From assembly GCA_965218295.1 (NCBI GenBank), contig CBDCKN010000009.1:64001-128000 (forward strand): a stretch of DNA of 64,000 nucleotides, given 5' to 3'. A program made the translations under genes and the position numbers. Source of the DNA: Longimicrobiales bacterium. Lineage in GTDB: Bacteria > Gemmatimonadota > Gemmatimonadetes > Longimicrobiales > Gaopeijiaceae. Positions 61,017-64,000 of the stretch are shown here, piece by piece. Below the pieces are notes generated by a model. The model was not told the DNA's origin. It saw nothing but the letters and a program-made list of their open reading frames with translations, and ran no database searches. How positions within the stretch are numbered: position 1 is the first letter of the stretch; each line of letters starts with the position of its first letter.

Positions 61017-62723
61017 ATGAAGACCATCGCCTCCCATCTGGCCACGCTGCTCACGGGGGAAACCAAATTGCGCCGGCAGCTCGCGCCGTTCGTGAAATAC
61101 GTGGTCCTCGTCGTCGCGGTCGTTTTGCTCTACGGCTGGCTGTTCCACGCGATCATGGCGCGGGAAGGTCAGGACCACTCGTGGTTCACGGGAGTCTATT
61201 GGGCGCTCACCGTGATGAGCACCCTCGGCTTCGGTGATATCACGTTCGAGAGCGACCTGGGCCGCGCCTTCAGCACCATCGTGCTGCTAACCGGCATGGT
61301 GCTGCTCCTCATCATCCTCCCGTTCCTCTTCATCCGAGTTGTATACGCCCCGTGGCTCGAGCAGCGGAGCCGCGGCCGCATCCGCTCGCTCCAGTCGGTG
61401 CCGGAAGGCCTCGCGGGTCACGTGCTGATTTGCGCCAACGATCCCATTGCACTCGGGCTCATCCGCCGCCTTCAACTGGCGGACGTGCCGGTCTATGTGA
61501 TCGAGCCCGACGCCGACCTTGCGATGCACATGCAGGATGTCGGCACGCCGGTCTTCATGGGCGAAATCGACTCCGTCGAGACCTACCGAGCCGCCCGCGC
61601 GGCGCAGGCTCGCCTCGTCCTGGCCAACGCGTCGGACACGGTCAACTCCAACATTGTCCTCACCGTACGCGAGCTGTCCGAATCGGTGCCGGTCGTTGCG
61701 CTGGCCGAAGTGGAAGACTCGATCGATGTGCTGGAGCTCAGCGGCGCCACGCACGTGCTGCCCCTCACGCACCAACTCGGCGAGCACCTCGCCAATCGGG
61801 TGAGCTCGGGGACGACGCACGCCAACCTGATCGGCAAGTTCCATGACCTGCTGCTCGCCGAGTTCCCAGTGCACAACACGCCGTTCCAGGGCCGGACCAT
61901 CCGGGACACACGGTTGCGCGAGTTTACCGGGGTCACAATCGTCGGGGTGTGGGAGCGTGGGCGGTTCCTGCCCGCGAGGCCGGATCTCGAGCTGTCGTCG
62001 CTCACCGTGCCGGTCGCTATCGGCACGTCCGAGCAGATCGCGGCGCTGGACGAAGTGCTCGCGATATACGACGCCAATCCGAATCCGGTGCTCATCCTCG
62101 GCGGTGGCAAGGTGGGGCGGGCCGCCGCTGCGGCCCTCAAGCGGCGGAAGATCCCCGTGCATATGGTGGAACGGAACCCGGAACTGGAGCCGCAAATCGC
62201 GAGCATTCCCGACCGGTTGTTTCTAGGCGACGCCGCCGACCGGCGCATACTTGACGCGGCGGGGATTGCCGAGACACCGTGCGTCCTGCTCACGACGCAC
62301 GACGATGCGATGAACGTCTACCTGACGGTGTACTGCCGGCGGCTCAATCCCGAAGCGCGTATCCTCACCCGGGTCACGCACGAACGGAACGTCGAGGCCA
62401 TCCAGCGCGCCGGCGCCGACTTCGTCTTGAGCTACGCGTCATTAGGGGTGCAGACGGTATACTCGATCGTGCAGGGACGGGAGCTCGTCGTGCTGGGTGG
62501 GGACGTTGGTCTCTTCTACGTGCCGCTCCCGCCGTCGCTCGCGGACAAGACGCTCGCCGACGCGGGGATCGGCGCGCATACTGGCCTGAACGTGATCGGC
62601 GTCCAGAAGGACGGGCAGATCGTCACGAATCTGCCGCCCGACCAGCGGTTAGTTAAGGGCTCAACGCTCGTCGCCCTGGGCAGCACGGAGCAGCGGGAGC
62701 GCTTCGGCGCCGTCTACGACTAG
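61017..62723 (+). CDS. 2-TM potassium channel with tandem RCK (TrkA-N/C) domains
   Basis: pore TVMSTLGFGD; ILGGGKVG; two TrkA-like modules. Confidence 0.9.
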   Translation: MKTIASHLATLLTGETKLRRQLAPFVKYVVLVVAVVLLYGWLFHAIMAREGQDHSWFTGVYWALTVMSTLGFGDITFESDLGRAFSTIVLLTGMVLLLIILPFLFIRVVYAPWLEQRSRGRIRSLQSVPEGLAGHVLICANDPIALGLIRRLQLADVPVYVIEPDADLAMHMQDVGTPVFMGEIDSVETYRAARAAQARLVLANASDTVNSNIVLTVRELSESVPVVALAEVEDSIDVLELSGATHVLPLTHQLGEHLANRVSSGTTHANLIGKFHDLLLAEFPVHNTPFQGRTIRDTRLREFTGVTIVGVWERGRFLPARPDLELSSLTVPVAIGTSEQIAALDEVLAIYDANPNPVLILGGGKVGRAAAAALKRRKIPVHMVERNPELEPQIASIPDRLFLGDAADRRILDAAGIAETPCVLLTTHDDAMNVYLTVYCRRLNPEARILTRVTHERNVEAIQRAGADFVLSYASLGVQTVYSIVQGRELVVLGGDVGLFYVPLPPSLADKTLADAGIGAHTGLNVIGVQKDGQIVTNLPPDQRLVKGSTLVALGSTEQRERFGAVYD

Positions 62724-62940
62724 CCGCAGGCGGCGGCGGGTGCGCCACGCGGTTCTCGAGGGGAATTCACAACCTATCTCGTCCAAGCTGTGCCAGAAGG
62801 GGAGAGGCCCGCGTCCGCTCTGTGCGCACTGGGTCTCCACAAAGGCGAACCCACGAAGGTGACCTCCGGGCAACGAAGTGGGTCCGGATGCCACTGGCGC
62901 TTGGAAGCCGGCGCGTCCACCCATGTCCCTTCAGTATGTG

Positions 62941-63474
62941 TCACCCATGTTGTTTCCTGTTCAACGACTTGGCTGACTCAGCTTCAGCGAATCCTGCGAT
63001 GACCACCACCATTACAGCTGCGACAAGGGACTTCAGCATCCCACCCATAACAAATGGGGCGACCCCCTGCCAGAATGCGGGGATCGCCCCCAGCATCCAG
63101 GCGAGCCTCAACCACCCAAGAGCTAGAATCAGCGCATGACCGCAGATCATGACGGCAATGGCAGGGCCGAACCGGCGGAGCAGGCCGCGGTCGGCTAGTC
63201 GACCGGCCGCTGCAGCTGCCGCGACAAAGCCCAGTAGATACCCGGCGGTCGGCCCTACGAAGTGCGCCCACCCCGACCCACCTTCGGCAAAGACTGGGAC
63301 GCCGATTCCGCCGACAATGAGGTAGGCGGTCAGTGTCAGGGCGCCGTCCCGAGCGCCGAGGAGGGAGCCGACGACCAGAACGGCCAGTGATTGCGCACTC
63401 TGGGGGACGTCCGCGCCTGGGATCGTCGCAGTCGCTCTCGCAGAGAGTGCAACCACCACAACACCAACGGTCAT
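62941..63474 (-). CDS. bioY: biotin transporter BioY
   Basis: VPQSAQSLAV, G.PVFA.G, GPTAGYLLGF, GVAPFV; N-terminus may be short. Confidence 0.85.
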   Translation of the reverse strand: MTVGVVVVALSARATATIPGADVPQSAQSLAVLVVGSLLGARDGALTLTAYLIVGGIGVPVFAEGGSGWAHFVGPTAGYLLGFVAAAAAAGRLADRGLLRRFGPAIAVMICGHALILALGWLRLAWMLGAIPAFWQGVAPFVMGGMLKSLVAAVMVVVIAGFAEAESAKSLNRKQHG

Positions 63475-63622
63475 CAGCGAGAGACGCCGGAGCCATCCGG
63501 TGTTCGGTGCGGTGGTGTGTGGTGGTGTTTCGATGCTCCCCCCTCAGCCCAGCAGCGGTTGGTGGGTGGCAGCCTAGTCCCAGTCCTCGGGTCGATCAAG
63601 TGGGCAAGAAAAGAGCTGAGGA

Positions 63623-63669
63623 GGACTTTTAATCCGTAGGTCGTGGGTTCGACACCCACCCGGCTCACT
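63623..63669 (+). repeat. attR-like duplicate of the tRNA-Lys 3' half
   Basis: ggacttttaatccgtaggtcgtgggttcgacacccacccggctcact; no 5' tRNA half upstream. Confidence 0.9.
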
Positions 63670-64000
63670 ACATCGCACTTCGCTGCAGCTCGGGAAAGAC
63701 CTTCGAGACCTTGCCCAGGACGTAGTCCCCGTAGGTGCCTTCGAACTCGTGCACGCTGGTATGGTCCCAGCGCTCGTCCCTATCGTCCTCCGGAAGGGGC
63801 ACACCACTCAGATCGATGGCCTCGACGTGCGTGTCGAAGCCGGGGTCGAAGAAGAAGGGGAACGAGAGCCGGCTTCGTCCGGACACGTTCTGCACCCGGT
63901 GGGGCGTGGACCGGTAGAGCCCGCGGGTCAGGCGGTCCAGCATGTCGCCAATGTTGCACACGAACGAGTTGGGCACGGGAGGGGCGTCGATCCACCGTGA
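63668..64000 (-). CDS. 2OG-Fe(II) oxygenase, isopenicillin N synthase-like (C-terminal part; 5' end outside window)
   Basis: CNIGDML, STPHRV, RLSFPFF (distal His and RxS). Confidence 0.88.
   Translation of the reverse strand, partial: SRWIDAPPVPNSFVCNIGDMLDRLTRGLYRSTPHRVQNVSGRSRLSFPFFFDPGFDTHVEAIDLSGVPLPEDDRDERWDHTSVHEFEGTYGDYVLGKVSKVFPELQRSAM

Larger units (their letters stand above)
60776..63669. mobile_element. tRNA-Lys-anchored genomic islet without an integrase
   Basis: 47-bp direct repeat of the tRNA 3' half at 60776-60822 and 63623-63669 (4 mismatches). Confidence 0.75.

Noticed and set aside
63623..63669. second tRNA-Lys gene
   Set aside because: Only the anticodon loop through the 3' end is present, with no 5' acceptor strand or D-arm; treated as an att repeat.

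Overview
High-GC bacterial chromosomal window. The gene content and order resemble Gemmatimonadota, which is inference only. Positions 1-53.9 kb are mostly core genes: tgt-yajC-def-fmt-thiE-thiS-thiG-rsmB/PASTA-tlpA-ybbR-tsaD-lgt, tamA/tamB, uvrA, CesT-like/pspA, a peptidoglycan salvage cluster (NamZ, two GH3 NagZ-type enzymes, SSS transporter, BadF-type kinase), asd-lysC-dapB-dapA-dapD, hsp20, trpS, a pilT-family ATPase, a PlpD-like patatin, purA and ffh-rpsP-rimM-trmD-rplS-rnhB. Positions 53.9-64 kb are accessory. They hold a frameshifted Gly-rich lipoprotein, a tRNA-Lys(UUU) followed by a 2.8 kb integrase-less islet (K+ channel, BioY) bounded by a duplicated tRNA 3' half, and the most notable element: a four-gene minus-strand operon encoding an ArsM-like methyltransferase, a radical SAM enzyme, a degenerate metallophosphoesterase and a flavin monooxygenase-like protein. 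That operon looks like an organoarsenical biosynthesis or transformation pathway rather than a classical ars resistance operon. Other items of note are a structured 5' leader on the lysine operon, a probable attenuator in the purA leader, a ribosomal S16 with about 9 x 26-aa acidic repeats, and an inositol monophosphatase missing a catalytic Asp. All calls come from motif recognition by eye; no database searches were run.
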